A DNA stretch of 64,000 bases from Vermamoeba vermiformis (taxonomy: Eukaryota). The position numbers were made by a program, and so were the translations under genes. The stretch covers positions 434,001 to 498,000 of the forward strand of contig JBEWZL010000302.1 of assembly GCA_045837725.1 (NCBI GenBank), in the 5' to 3' direction. Shown in pieces: positions 38,271-51,046 of this stretch (its first letter is position 1; the number at the start of each line of letters is the position of its first letter). Below the pieces are notes generated by a model. It had not been told where the DNA came from and ran no database searches. It worked only from the letters and a program-made list of their open reading frames with translations.

Positions 38271-40353
38271 ATGGTAAGGAAATTATTACCGTAACTCGCC
38301 ATGCAGTGGATCTGCAGATCTAAAAGTTTTGAATCTGACAGGATCCGAAGAGTACTCCGAGAGAAAATGGTTCTTCTGAAGAACCATTTAGCACCTTATT
38401 ATTTATTAAGGGTACTGAACAGAAGAAATTAAGCTTAGAAGACTTTCGAAACGATCTAATCCGTCAAGAAGAAACAATTATTTTCGCCTTGATCGAACGC
38501 GCTCAATTCAAACAAAATTTAATAACCTACAAGCCAGGTAATAACAAATGTCCATCATTAATTATTTCTCTTATTTTCAATTATTTAATTCATTTGTTTT
38601 TAGGAGGTGTCACCGAAAATATCGGCTCGCTGAGTTTCCTCGATTTTTTCTTCGGTGAAATCGAGCGCGTTCATAGTATGATGAGACGCTACACGTCGCC
38701 TGGTAAGCGAAATTTCCAATGTTCCAAGTCACATCCATTTTTTTCTGTCCCGTGTATCTTCGTAACATTTTCATGAACCATAGATGAGCATCCGTTCTAT
38801 ACTGACAAGCTCGTGCCTCCAATTATTCCATTGCTGAAATTTCCAGTCGTCATCAAGCCCAACACTATCAACATAAACAACCAGATCAAGTCGATTTATC
38901 TCAACAAAATTATTCCGTCTATTTGCGCTGAAGGCGATGATAATCAATTTGGCTCGTCAGTGAATATGGATATTAACGCTCTTCAAGCCATTTCTAAGCG
39001 CGTTCATTACGGCAAATTCATCGCTGAAGCCAAATTTCAAGCTGAGCCTGAAAAGTACGGCGAACGCATCAGAAAAGGTATATGCCCTAATTATCAATTA
39101 TTAGCTACTAACATGATATTTTTAGGTGACGTTGAAGGTTTGAGAGAGCTATTGACTAATTTGGAAGTCGAGAAAAAAGTTCTCGAAAGAATTCATTTGA
39201 AGGCCTCAACTTATGGCCGAGACGTCACATCCGCCCAAAGTAAGAAATATAGTAAAGTACTACTAGTATTAATAGCCTTAATTAGATCAAAAGTTCAAAG
39301 TGGATCCCGAGGCAATTATGGCTATTTACCGCGACTTTATTATTCCTCTGAACAAAGACGTGCAAATCGCATATTTGTTGCAACGATTAGACGACCCTCA
39401 AGTAGCCTATTTAGGACCTCCTTCGACTTTCTCTCATCAAGCAGCGTTACAGCACTTCGGCGAAAAGCTCAAGTAAGTGGCACCGATTTTGACACTTTTG
39501 ACACCTGTCATATTAATATTTCCTTAGTGGCACTCCTTGTGCAAATATTTCCGAGGTATTTTTGTCCGTTATGGCTAACAAGACTTTCTTTGGTGTTGTG
39601 CCCGTTGAAAACTCAATCGCTGGTACACGACAGAAGCATTCCATTTTGTGGTTTTTTGTTAATGTGTTTGTAGGTCGAGTACAAGAGACTCTCGGGCAAC
39701 TCTTCGAAGCACAAGTGCGTGTCGTTGGAGATCTCTATTTGAAAATCACGCAGAACTTGTTGTCGCATCACCCGCTCAATGAGGTTGAGATACTTTACAC
39801 GCACCCTCACGCTTACGAACAATGTCGCGGTTTCATCGCTAAGTACCTCCCGAAGGCTACTTTCATATCAACGAAATCAACGTCCGCTGCTGCTGAATTG
39901 GCCGCTCAAAAGTCAGCCGCAGGAGAGAAGTGCGCGTGCATTGCGAGCGACCTGGCAGCTCGTGAATTCAATTTGCCGATCGTCCAAACAGATATTCAAG
40001 ATCACAAGCAGAATACTACGAGGTTCTTAGTCATTGCCAAAGAAGATATTAGCAGCTCACCTTCAGGCCATGATCTGACTTGGATCGTGTTCGGCGTTCA
40101 CAATGTAACCGGAGCTCTGTCAGACGCTCTTCTTATCTTTGCTAAGCATGGTATTAATATGAACGCACTCGATACACGTCCAAATAAGACTCGCGACTGG
40201 CAATACGACTTTTTGGTTGAAATCCAAGGTCACGAGCAAGATCTGAACGTCAAAACGGCCATTAGTGAGTTAAAATCCAAGACGCCATTCTTAAATGTTA
40301 TGGGATCTATTCAAAACAGGAGAGTGTCCATTTCTTCGGCGATAAACAAATAA
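38271..40353 (+). CDS. Bifunctional chorismate mutase (fungal/plant Aro7 type) - prephenate dehydratase - ACT domain
   Basis: CM motifs: 'LEDFRNDLIRQEETIIFALIERAQF', 'RRYTSP|DEHPF', 'LQAISKRVHYGKFIAEAKF', 'IIPLNKDVQIAYLLQRLD'. PDT motifs: 'VAYLGPPSTFSHQAA', 'VPVENSIAG', 'NTTRFLVI', ACT 'GALSDALLIFAKHGINMNALDTRP'. The ATG at 38271 is a 3-nt first coding exon. Confidence 0.9.
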
Positions 40354-40425
40354 AAAGTTGCGCAGTTCTTTTGTTAGGATTCCTCTAGAGAATCTTTCTG
40401 ACAGTCGACCACATTTCATTTAAAT

Positions 40426-41569
40426 ATGACTGAAGCATTAAAACAGAGTTTAAAGATTGCTTTCGTTCCAGGCACGGGCAACATGGGCAAGGGCCTGGCT
40501 AAAAATCATGCCAAAGCCGGATGGCACGTCTTACTTGGCTCCAGATCTAAGGACAAGTACGACTCCTCGTCGAATATTATAGTAATAATTTTTAAATATG
40601 GATCATGGCAAAATTGACTCAAATTATTGCTGCAGAATTTCAAAAAATGATTTTCTGATATTTCCATTTTCTTACAGAGCTCAAGCTGCTGTTGACGAGC
40701 TGAAAGATGAACACCCTGAGCTTAAAATAGAAGCTGGCACCAACGCTGAAGTTGCCGCTAAAGCTGATGTAGTGTTTTGGGCTCCTCAGGGTTCATTTGA
40801 AGATCGCTACTCGATGCTACGAACTCTGCAAAAGGAATTGACCAACAAAATTATTATAGATGTAACTAACGTAAGTAATATAATGCATATAAGCTATTTC
40901 TCGCTAAACCAAGCTCGATCTGATTGCGTGTCAAAATTTTCTCGCTTGCAATCTCAAATTTTATGGAATATTTATTTTATTTATCTATAACAATATTTTA
41001 ATGCATAGATATTGTATATGGCTGATGAAAAAGCGTGGGGTCAGACGAGTTCCGTACTTGAAAATCAAAGAGAACTCGGTGCCCCAGCCAAATGGGCTTT
41101 TGCTTATAAGAGTACCTTCGCTAAGCTGCTTAAATCACCTACAGACACAAGCGGCGCTCCTGTTCACATTTTGATTGGAGGAGATGACGAGGTAACGCGA
41201 TCTCATCCTGAATTTTTTGGTGTAATTTCTTTCTTTGTATTTCGAATTTGAATAGTTATTAATTAATTTTTGTTACATAATTTATCGCCTAATCATGACT
41301 TTTAGGCTGTTCCGACGCTAAAAGCCTTGACTGAAAGCTGTGGTTACAAGACAATCCATATGGGAGGCCTAAAGGTACGTTAGAATCTCATAATAATATT
41401 TGTTATATTCATTTATGGCTACGATAATGCTCTAACTCCAACTGTTGTTTAGGAATCCAAGATCGCTGAGCTGTTTGGCCCTCGCTACGTTGCAACTATT
41501 GATAATTTGAATAATAATGCACAATTCAATGGATATTGGATCTATACTTCGAGCGCTAATAAGCATTAA
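40426..41569 (+). CDS. NADP-binding oxidoreductase of the F420H2:NADP+ oxidoreductase (Fno/NpdG) / STEAP N-terminal family
   Basis: 'KIAFVPGTGNMGKGLAKNHAKAGWHVLLGSRSKDK|AQAAV...AGTNAEVAAKADVVFWA...KIIIDVTN...ILIGGDD'. Confidence 0.8.
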
Positions 41570-42005
41570 CGCATAAAAATGGAGATCTGACATCCAGAAT
41601 ATTTTCCTGACCGTAGTGGATACCTGATATTGCTATCAATATTATAAATGTATTTCCAATGTAATATTAATGATTTATCTGCGATATGAGGTGCGGTGCA
41701 CGAGGGGGAAGTGAAAACTGGCTTAGTCGTTTGTCCCGCTCAGTTATTCTGACAAACACTAAAGGTGAAAGTTGATGAAACACAACTACTGTTTATGATT
41801 ACAAGTGTATGTACTATCATATGCACGAGAAAATATATGAAGGAATTCAGTGGAAGGTAAGATACTGATCGGCCAGATGTATTTCAATTTTGTAAATTTT
41901 CTGTTACTTCTGGGCCTGCTAAGAACGAGTCCATATAATGCTACATAATTTAGTATATATTTATTTAATATTCTAATTAATCGCGTTAATTGGAATAGGC
42001 CAAGT

Positions 42006-43133
42006 TTAGTAGATGCGCATTCTCTTGTTGGAACGCTCTTCACCACCCCAGCGAGCTTCGGCACCTTTGTGACCAATCTCGTAGACTTTGTCCTTGGGCA
42101 TTGAAGCGAAGCCTTGCTTGCCAGAGCGGCGGTAGTTTCCGTTTCCTTGATCCTCATCTTCTGAAGACTCGCTCTCGGATTCGTCGTAGCCGCCTCTCTT
42201 TCTCTTGCGACCGCCACCGTGGCCATGACGACCACCTTTAGCGGCAATCTTGCGCACCTGCTCCTTGGGCATCGAAGCAAAGCCCTGCTTGCCGGATCTG
42301 TAGCCGCCTTGATCTTCGTTGTCAGAACCTTCGTCGCTCTCTTCGTCGGAGCCCTCATCGCTGTATCTTTTTTTGCGACCACCGTGTCTTTTCTTCCGCC
42401 CATTGCTTCTCTCTTCTTTTTTTTTCCCCCTTCCTCCCCCTTCTTCGTCGGAGTCTTCCTCTTGGTCGTAGTGGCCACCCTTGGCCTTGCCACCCTTTGA
42501 AGCAATCTTGCGGACCTGGTCCTTAGGCATGGAGGCGAAACCTTGCTTGCCGTGCTTGCGACTACTGCCTTGATCGTTGTCGGAGTCTTCATCGGAGCCT
42601 TGATCATCGTCGTAGTCTTGTCGTTTGCGACCACCGTGACTGGAACGACCACCCATGGAGGCTATCTCGCGCACTTGGTCTTTGGGCATCGAAGCGAAGC
42701 CCTGCTTGCCGTGTTTGCGACCACTGCCTTGGTTGTCATCAGAGCCTTCGTCGTGGTCAGAAGTGTCACGGCCGCGTTGTTTGCGACCATGGCTGGACTT
42801 GCCACCCTTTGACGCAATCTCACGCACTTGGTCTTTGGGCATCGAAGCGAAGCCTTGTTTACCATGCTTGCGACCACTGCCTTGGTTGTTGTCGTCATCG
42901 TCTTCGTCTTGGTCGTAGTGGCCACCTCTGGACTTGCCGCCCTTTGAAGCTATCTCGCGCACTTGGTCCTTAGGCATGGAGGCGAAACCTTGCTTGTTAT
43001 GCTTGCGGCCACCTCGATTGTAGTCGTCACTTTCGCTCTCGTCGTCGCCTCCATAGTCATGACGCTTGTGCTTGCCACCATGGCTATGGCGACCACCCTT
43101 GGCAGCGATTTCTCGAAGGCGATCTTTGTCCAT
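42006..43133 (-). CDS. KGG-repeat (GsiB/Con-10-like) hydrophilic stress protein; the true start may be 43207 via a 1-nt indel
   Basis: Seven copies of (GFAS)M[PD]KxxxxEIAxKGG separated by acidic and basic low-complexity spacers. Intronless. Confidence 0.85.
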   Translation of the reverse strand: MDKDRLREIAAKGGRHSHGGKHKRHDYGGDDESESDDYNRGGRKHNKQGFASMPKDQVREIASKGGKSRGGHYDQDEDDDDNNQGSGRKHGKQGFASMPKDQVREIASKGGKSSHGRKQRGRDTSDHDEGSDDNQGSGRKHGKQGFASMPKDQVREIASMGGRSSHGGRKRQDYDDDQGSDEDSDNDQGSSRKHGKQGFASMPKDQVRKIASKGGKAKGGHYDQEEDSDEEGGGRGKKKEERSNGRKKRHGGRKKRYSDEGSDEESDEGSDNEDQGGYRSGKQGFASMPKEQVRKIAAKGGRHGHGGGRKRKRGGYDESESESSEDEDQGNGNYRRSGKQGFASMPKDKVYEIGHKGAEARWGGEERSNKRMRIY

Positions 43134-44061
43134 GGAAGCAAATCCCCACGTCCGGCTTGATCTTGACCTTCGTCGTTGCTAATATCGTAGTCTTCTCGTC
43201 TGCTCATGGTTAAATATATTGCAGAATGCTTTTGTGGTATGTGTTTTGTTGGTAAGTTGAATTAAGAATAGATCCGTAAGCCAGAGCCTTTAAACCTTTC
43301 CGGAGCCCAAATGAACAGAAAACTCTGTTAAATAGGCGTAGAATATCGATGCGTGTCGTAAGATAGTAGCCTTCAATTATTGCATTGTGGTAAGTGGTAA
43401 TATTTTTTTAAATATTTTATCCTTATTCGGATCTTTGCTGGCAAAGCACAATAAAAATCATAAATTATTACACGCTAATTGCAAGGCCTAATGCGCCATT
43501 ATATCATCGGTCACGTCATTGGTTATTTATTTGGTTCGTTTTAATCATCTCTTGGGGTTTAAGTCTATTATTGTTCAGCCTTCAACTTCTAGATCTGCTC
43601 GCGAGCAGTCTTATTCGACTAAGCATAAGGTAAAATAGCCTTATTGGTATTAGTGACATTCTCCGATACTGTTTGATTGTGCGCAATTATAGTACAATAG
43701 CAATGTAAATACCGTGCAACTCTCTCTTCGTCTCGTTACATCATCAACTCCAATTATTTCGAAGAGATAGTGCATTTTCGCCTATTGTTAAAAATCTACA
43801 AAAGTTATTACTCATTCTTGTGGTGTTGCATTGTAACAGGATCCAAACCTGAATCGGTGAACGGACAAAGTTCGAGAAATCATATCCTGCTTCGGAGATT
43901 AGGATTTAGTACTATGAGGATCTCACAGGGGTGATTTTGAAGTTAGAGGGCGCTATTTTTGTGCTCGAGTTGGATTTCTATTCGTTAATTTTAGTGTGCC
44001 GCGATACCACACAAGAATCGCGTCATATTACCAAATTTAATCTGCAATATTTAATAGTTTC

Positions 44062-46153
44062 ATGGAAACCTTTGCAGACTACTTCAAGACTGGCGCCCTG
44101 AAACGGGATTCAGCCAGGTGTCTCGCCAAACGGATTAGCGGTGGTACGTTGTCTAATTAATCAAATAATATTTTTTCGGGAAGACATGAAATAACTCTCA
44201 CAAATTATGCATATAAATTTAAATTTCCGAGCCGTAGAACATTTAAACAATTTTTTTAATTTTGGATCGTGACATTCAATCATTTGTATTGATGGTAACT
44301 GGCTTAATAATGTCTAATAGGTTCATGCGAATTATCTTCGAATTTATTAGAAGTAGCGGAGTGGTTTTTAGACCAAAGCACCAAAAATGAAACGGTAATG
44401 AATTTCTCGATCAGTTTGAGAGTGTATTAATATAAACTCATAGGAGAACTCGGCACTAGCGTTAGCTTGTTTAGACGAAGCCATTAAAATTTTAACTCGC
44501 AGTAACTTTGGAGAGGTCTCAATGAACGATCTGCTCGTCAAATGTTATGAAACACGATACAGAATTCACAAAAAGCTAGAGCTAACTAATTTAGAGGCAT
44601 GGGATGCTTGGAAAATACTAAATTTAAAGAAAAATATTGAAGGTGAGTTATTTAATGAAATCTGAGGCAGTTTGATCTGACCTATTGATCAGGATCCGAT
44701 ATGACTAACTTTGTGGCGGCATCTTTTTCAACGTATGACTTTGCCTCTGCAATGAAACTAATAGACGATAATATGGATATTGCTATAATGGCTGGTACGC
44801 GTGATAATTTGCTAAAAATAGAAATTTTAACGATTTTTCAAAATGCAGCGCTGAAGCCTACAATAGAGAATTATATGACTAAAGACAATAGTATGGGCTA
44901 TTTAGGCTATTTTGTGCATGATTTGACGACCGGTTTGAAATCTGTCAATGAAGACCAGGATTATTTTCAATTACTAAACAAAGAAATTCTCGAAAAGCAA
45001 TACAATATCGAGATCGTTGATTTTGAAGGTAAAATTAATAAATGAATGTTACATTGTTACTAATTATTGTTAGGACGAGGACGTGGCATTAGGGCTCTTA
45101 AAGATTTTGAGGCAGGAGAAATCGTTCTCAAAGAATTTCCTATTTGTTGTGCGACATTTAATCCAAAATGCTGGTACGATATCAAATAGGCTTGTATTAA
45201 TATAGATTTTACTAATACTTTTTAGTTTTCATTGCATGAAGTACTTCGAGTCCGAACCGCCTGTCAAATGTTCTGTTGACACGTGTCAAACTAGATTTTG
45301 CTCTGAACAGTGCCGCACTATTGCCAATAATACCTATCATCGAGTATTGTGCAGCAATCATGAAGTGAATGCTGTCAGAGATTTAATTAAGGCTACAGAG
45401 TCACCGAGTTCACTTTGCACACCCGTCATGTTGAAGCTCGTTGGTACGATTACATTACTATTTAATCAGCTAGTATTAATAGTACATTTAATAGCCACTG
45501 CCGTTCAACAAAATATCGATGTAGATGATCTCGAAGGCATATACAATCTTCACGGCTTCATCGCCAAAGACACCCAAGTCGGTCCATTCCGTTACGCCTA
45601 TCATCAAATCGAACAAGTTATTCGAGCTAAGTCCGAGTACAAAAACCGTACTATCGAGTGGGATTGGTATTTGAATGTTTGTTCTAAAGCACTGTTGAAC
45701 ATGTTCGGGTACGATCCGATCCCGACGCAAAGTAAGATCCGCCAATAATAGTACTGTATCATTTCGACTTACTATGACGTTACAGATGGACCTATGGATC
45801 AGTGGATTGGTGCACTGTATAATGTGACGAGTTATTTCAATCACAATTGCAACAATAATTGCGCAAAGGACTTTGACGGCGCTACTGTCATTTTCAAAAC
45901 AAAACGAAAAGTCAACAAAGGTATGCTACAAACTAATTAATATGCCTTAAGTAGACCATATTAATATCACTCATAATATTTGATGAGTTCTAATCTATTT
46001 TTAGGCGAAGAATTGACGATTCAATATTTCCCACCAGCAGACGCCGTTCAAGCTGTCATTCACTTTGGCTTCGCTTGTTCGTGCAACAATTGTCAGAACA
46101 TTTACGCGACGATGAAAGATTCATTGCCCGAGTGGGTGTTCAAAAACAAGTAA
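44062..46153 (+). CDS. SMYD-like SET-domain lysine methyltransferase with a MYND-type zinc finger
   Basis: 'GRGIRALKDFEAGEIVLKE', 'CCFHC...CSVDTCQTRFCSEQC...YHRVLC', 'SYFNHNCNNN', 'GEELTIQY', post-SET 'FGFACSCNNC'. Confidence 0.85.
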
Positions 46154-46533
46154 AAAAGCGGAACCAGAACCAAACTACGTGAGTCAAATAGTATGTGCGA
46201 AAACGTTTTCTATCTATCATAATGTGCTGCTGTCGGTTTTGACAAGTTGTTGGCATGCAATTTGTTGACAATTTCGAGAATATTGCTGTCAAAATGCGTT
46301 TACAAACATTTATTTTGCATTTTCAAATTTTGATTTTAACTTGCTGCAACAATACGGTCATAGTATTTTTCTTGAATATAAAGTAACAGTACAGAACAAT
46401 CTTAATAGATTCTATAAATGAGAGTCAAACTAATTTTAGGTTTGTGATTCAGGGGACTGGATCCGATGTTGACAAGCCAAAAACAAGGATCATTTCTGTT
46501 TTCATTTTTTTGTTGATGCGTAATAGCAATACA

Positions 46534-48437
46534 ATGGGTCCTATTGCGAAGATATTCGTTTCTGCGGTCGTACTCTTAGCGTTTGCGAATCTGGCTGCTG
46601 GCTTGAACAATGGCCTTGCACGCCTTCCTCCGATGGTAATTAACTCATAATAATATCATAATATATTTTTAATCCACAACATTACTTCGAGATAAGCCCT
46701 TAAAGATAAATTTGGTCTACCTTAATGAAACGTTTCATTCAATTAATATCTTCAATCAAATAATTAATAAATTGAATTAATTAGGGATGGAGCACGTGGT
46801 GCACGGACGGTAAGATATAAATTTAAAATTAAAATAAAGATTTTGTTCGCAAGATCAGATCTGACATTTTGAGTGCGATAGATTACATTCCGTGCGAGGA
46901 CGATTATTGCTCAGAGAAAGAAGTCAAGCGTAAGATATATTTATGGAAATTAAATATGACCCTAGTAAACTCGACTGACATGTGAACCATACTTAGAGGT
47001 GGCAGATGCGATGGTGAAAAGCGGAATGCGAGACGCTGGATATAATTTCGTTAATTTAGATGACTGTTGGGGAGGGTAAGCACTTCAGATTAAATTAAAA
47101 GGATTTTTCTTGCCACATCCAAAACTGAAACAAAATATTTTTAGTCCTCGTGATAGCAATGGTCATTTAACCGCAGACAAATCACGCTTTCCTTCTGGTT
47201 CACTGAAACCTCTCGCTGACTACCTTCATTCGCTGGGCATGAAGCTTGGTGTAAGCTCCATTCATTTTTGTTGCAAGGAAATAACGATAAAATCTCAGGT
47301 TTACCTTTGCGCGGGAAATTTTACTTGCAAATTTAACAGACCGGGCTCTTGGGGACACTTCGATGATGATGCTCAAACTATGGCGAACTGGAACGTGGAT
47401 CTCGTCAAGATGGATTTTTGTTATCATCCTGCTTTGCCTCCCAAGCAAATCTACGGTACGTCCATTTGACACGCGTCACTTCTGGCACGACTGACAGGTG
47501 TCATTTTGAACCAGGCATGATGCGCGACAGTTTGAACAAGACGCGCCATCCGATGGTCTTCTCAGTGTGCGAGTGGGGCAAGGACAATCCTTGGGAATGG
47601 GGCATGGAGACTGCCAACATGTGGCGTGTCGTAAGTGTCAAAAAGTGACACGTGTCAAATTGAATGACTGATTTGTTTCTTAGACCAACGATCACCTGCC
47701 GTTCTTTTACCTGCCATTTGGTCACAAGCTCGGCTGGAGCACTCAAGACATTATTGAAGCCTTTGCTGGCAAGTCAAAGTTCGCTGGTCCTGGTGGCTGG
47801 AACGACGCTGACTTTTTGATGACTGGTGCCATAACCATGACTGACATTCAAAGCAGAACTGAATTCAGGTACGAGACGTCCGCCCGATTGTCACGTGACT
47901 TATATTTTGTTTTTCTTGTAGTTTCTGGGCGTTGTTCGCTTCACCGTTAATTGTTACGACTGACGTGCGTGACATGTCAAACAAAGGGCACATCTTGCTG
48001 AACCAAGAAGTCATCGCCGTCAATCAAGACCCTGTAAGTATCACTTGATTATGACAGTACCCGCCATCTCTTACAATAATCTAGCTCGGTATTCCTGGCG
48101 ATCGATTGTACAACTTTGAAAGCGGCGGTCAGATCTGGGCCAAGCCATTGTCGAACAAAGACTTTGCAGTTATTTTCTACAACTACAATTTCTTCGGCTC
48201 AGTTGAAATGGTGTTGAACTGGTCTGACTTGGGCTTCTCGTCCACTGCTTCGTTGAAAGTTCGCGATCTCTGGTTGCACGAGGTATCATTTGTGATTGAA
48301 AGTATTGTGCGCAGAATGGTCAACCTAATTGTATATTTCCTATTTAGGATCTTGGCGTGTTTTATCAAAACTTCAAAGTCAAAGTCAGCGGTCACGATGT
48401 GTTGATGATTCGTGTTTCGCTCGTGAGCAACAATTAA
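46534..48437 (+). CDS. Secreted alpha-galactosidase / alpha-N-acetylgalactosaminidase (GH27)
   Basis: Signal peptide followed by 'LNNGLARLPPM|GWSTW', 'NLDDCW', 'DLVKMDFC', 'SVCEWG', 'GPGGWNDADFL', 'NQEVIAVNQDP', 'VRDLW'. Confidence 0.92.
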
Positions 48438-48662
48438 ACCACAGTTTTAGTTCGATAAAGCTTATTTACGTTACCTGGTTAATCCCAATTCACTCGCTCA
48501 TGATATTCATCGCTCAATGTTTATTCCATTAATTATGAAATTCATCGCCAAGATTCTATCTCGTTGAGGCGGCCACCAATTTTATTTTTTCAACCAGGGC
48601 AGGAAGGCATCACGAACCGAGAATGGAGAATATTGCTTATTTGCTCGAAACAAACCATCAAT

Positions 48663-50493
48663 ATGGAGACGATTGTGAGTACTTGTAATTGTGTTTAAGT
48701 TTAAATCCGAAATCTGATCTTTTTATTTCGTAGCCGATGACCGTTCTGAGCGGCTTTCTTGGCGCAGGAAAAACTACTCTACTGAACCATATTTTAAACA
48801 ATAATGAAAATAGAAAAATCGCCGTCATTGTCAATGATCTGGCTGCGGTTAACATAGATGCAAAATTAGTTCAGAACAAAAATACGCAATTAAACAAGTA
48901 AGTTGATAGATAATTCTCTAATAATTTTTAATAATTTCTCAAACACAGGGTTGAAGGAGAAAAGCTTGTTGAACTGAGCAATGGATGCGTATGGTAATTA
49001 TTTTCTTTAACTATCGTTTATTTCGATCCAAAATAATATTATAATTTTAGCTGCTCGCTGAAAGAAGGCTTGTTAATTGAATTGAAGAAATTAGCACGAG
49101 CCAAACAATTTACGCATATTATCATCGAAGGATCCGGTACGTAAAACCATTAAACAGGTTTTAATGTCTATAATACTCATATAATGCTATTATAATAGGT
49201 GTTACTGAGCCTTTGCCCGTTGCAGAAGGCATTAGCAGCTACGAACTTGGTGGCGGCAAACTTCTTACCGATATTAGTACGCCTTATTCTGCTACAATTT
49301 CTACGAATTTAAATTAATATTTTATTTAGCCCGATTAGATGCCATGATTACCGTAGTTGATGCCAAGAATTTTATGCGCGATTTTTACTCATCTGACTTC
49401 GTTGCCAATCGTCCTGAATTAATGGCTGAATTGAAGAAAGGCGAGCAATTAGATGTCGAACATGAGCATAAGGATGACGAGCATAGCGAAGAAGAATACG
49501 ACCATCCTCCCGTTGAAGCGCATAACGTAGCGGATCTGCTAGTGGAACAAGTTGAATTTGCGAATATCATCTTATTGAACAAAACTGACTTAGTATCCGA
49601 AAGCGACCTTAAAAAATTAGAAATAATTATTAAGGCGCTTAATCCCGATGCTAAGGTCATTAAGACAACCTTCGGCAAAGTCGATCTGAATCTGATCCTC
49701 GACACGAATCTGTTCGATCTGGACAAAGCGTCGAATGCAGCTGGTTGGCTGAAGTTAATGAAGGGCACGTATATGTCCCAACAAGAACAAATTGGCTTTT
49801 GGAGTTTTGTTTACAACCGACGAAGACCGTTCCATCCAGCGCGACTCGCCAAAGTCATGGATGATGTCATGTTCAAGTCGATTATCAGATCGAAAGGATT
49901 TTTCTGGCTAGCCTCGCGAAATGATACTATGGGCAGCTGGTACGTACCTTAATATCACCATGTTGTCTTTTCGTTGTTTGGATCGCGATCCAAAATAATA
50001 TTTCTACCCCATCTAAGAGCCAAATTCTCTACTATAATTCGCCAGATGGCAAATTTAATCGCACTTTATATAATATTCTACATTCTTAGTAATTATCAAT
50101 CGTTTACTCTGGATCACACAGTGTGTTAAATTTTGACTTTTTGTACGGAACTGAAAAGGCCTATTTTTATTTCTTAAATAATTTATATTTAATATTCTTA
50201 GGTCACACGCCGGAGAAGTGATTCACTTGGAAGGCAGTGGTCCGTGGTTTGCAGCAGTCGATGAGTCGGAGTGGCCAGGAGACGACAAGAACAAGAGCTT
50301 GATTAAGAAAGATTTTGACAGCAATCCTGCCATCGGCGATAGAAGACAGGAGATTGTTATTATTGGCGTTGATATCAATCAAAAAGAAATTGAAACAAAG
50401 TTGGATCAGTGTTTGCTTACGGATGCCGAATTTGCTTTGGGCGCGGAAAAATGGCGCGATTTTGAAGATCCGTTGCCGCCTTGGGACGAATAG
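48663..50493 (+). CDS. COG0523/CobW-family zinc metallochaperone GTPase (ZNG1/YciC-like)
   Basis: '[19 protein letters not shown]', CxCC motif 'ELSNGCVC|CSL', 'IIEGSG', 'LLNKTDL', CobW-C 'RRPFHPARL...[11 protein letters not shown]', '[11 protein letters not shown]'. Confidence 0.92.
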
Positions 50494-51046
50494 TAAGAGC
50501 ATTTATTATTGAAATCAATTGTTAATAATAAATACAATCGTAGAAAAAAATTGTAGTGCTACATCCGTCCAAGTTAGGCTTGTTTGTTGGTATTAATGGA
50601 GAACTTAATCATGAGTTGGCATGTTAGGTAATATACTTTTAATAATATTAATAATTTAGTCTGAAATGTGGTCTAGATACTAATTAACTTTTCGAATCCA
50701 ACTCCGTTTCACAAATCTTTTCGATTTAATTAAACAAAGATTGGCTTATTAACAATAATTAATGATATTTATAGAGAAGTAAGCGTAAGAACAGTTGCAG
50801 AGTTTCAAATCAGATTGACATGGATGACACGTGCCCGTCAAATTCTGGATGGCAACTTTTAGCCCATAATTTCAACATCCAAAACATATAGCCACAAGCG
50901 AGACTATATTTTTGGTAGATATATAGCTAAACTACCAAACGGTAAAGAGCTCGTCAAGGTAACCGATAATAATCTCGTGAAATCCGAGATCGTCTCGAAG
51001 CTCTAACAAATTTATATATTTAGTGCTCGCGATATATTATTTAAAT

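Noticed and set aside
39562-39673. ORF-track start for a separate prephenate dehydratase gene
   Set aside because: The ORF reads through an intron; the true PDT N-terminus (VAYLGP) lies upstream in the same exon as the chorismate mutase C-terminus.
41786-42925. Long alternative-frame and antisense ORFs over the KGG gene (similarly 58519-59100 and 60017-60754)
   Set aside because: Shadow ORFs caused by codon bias and low complexity; no recognisable motifs.
42100-43140. Regularly spaced direct repeats as a possible CRISPR array
   Set aside because: The repeats are in-frame coding KGG units with synonymous variation; the context is eukaryotic and no cas genes are present.
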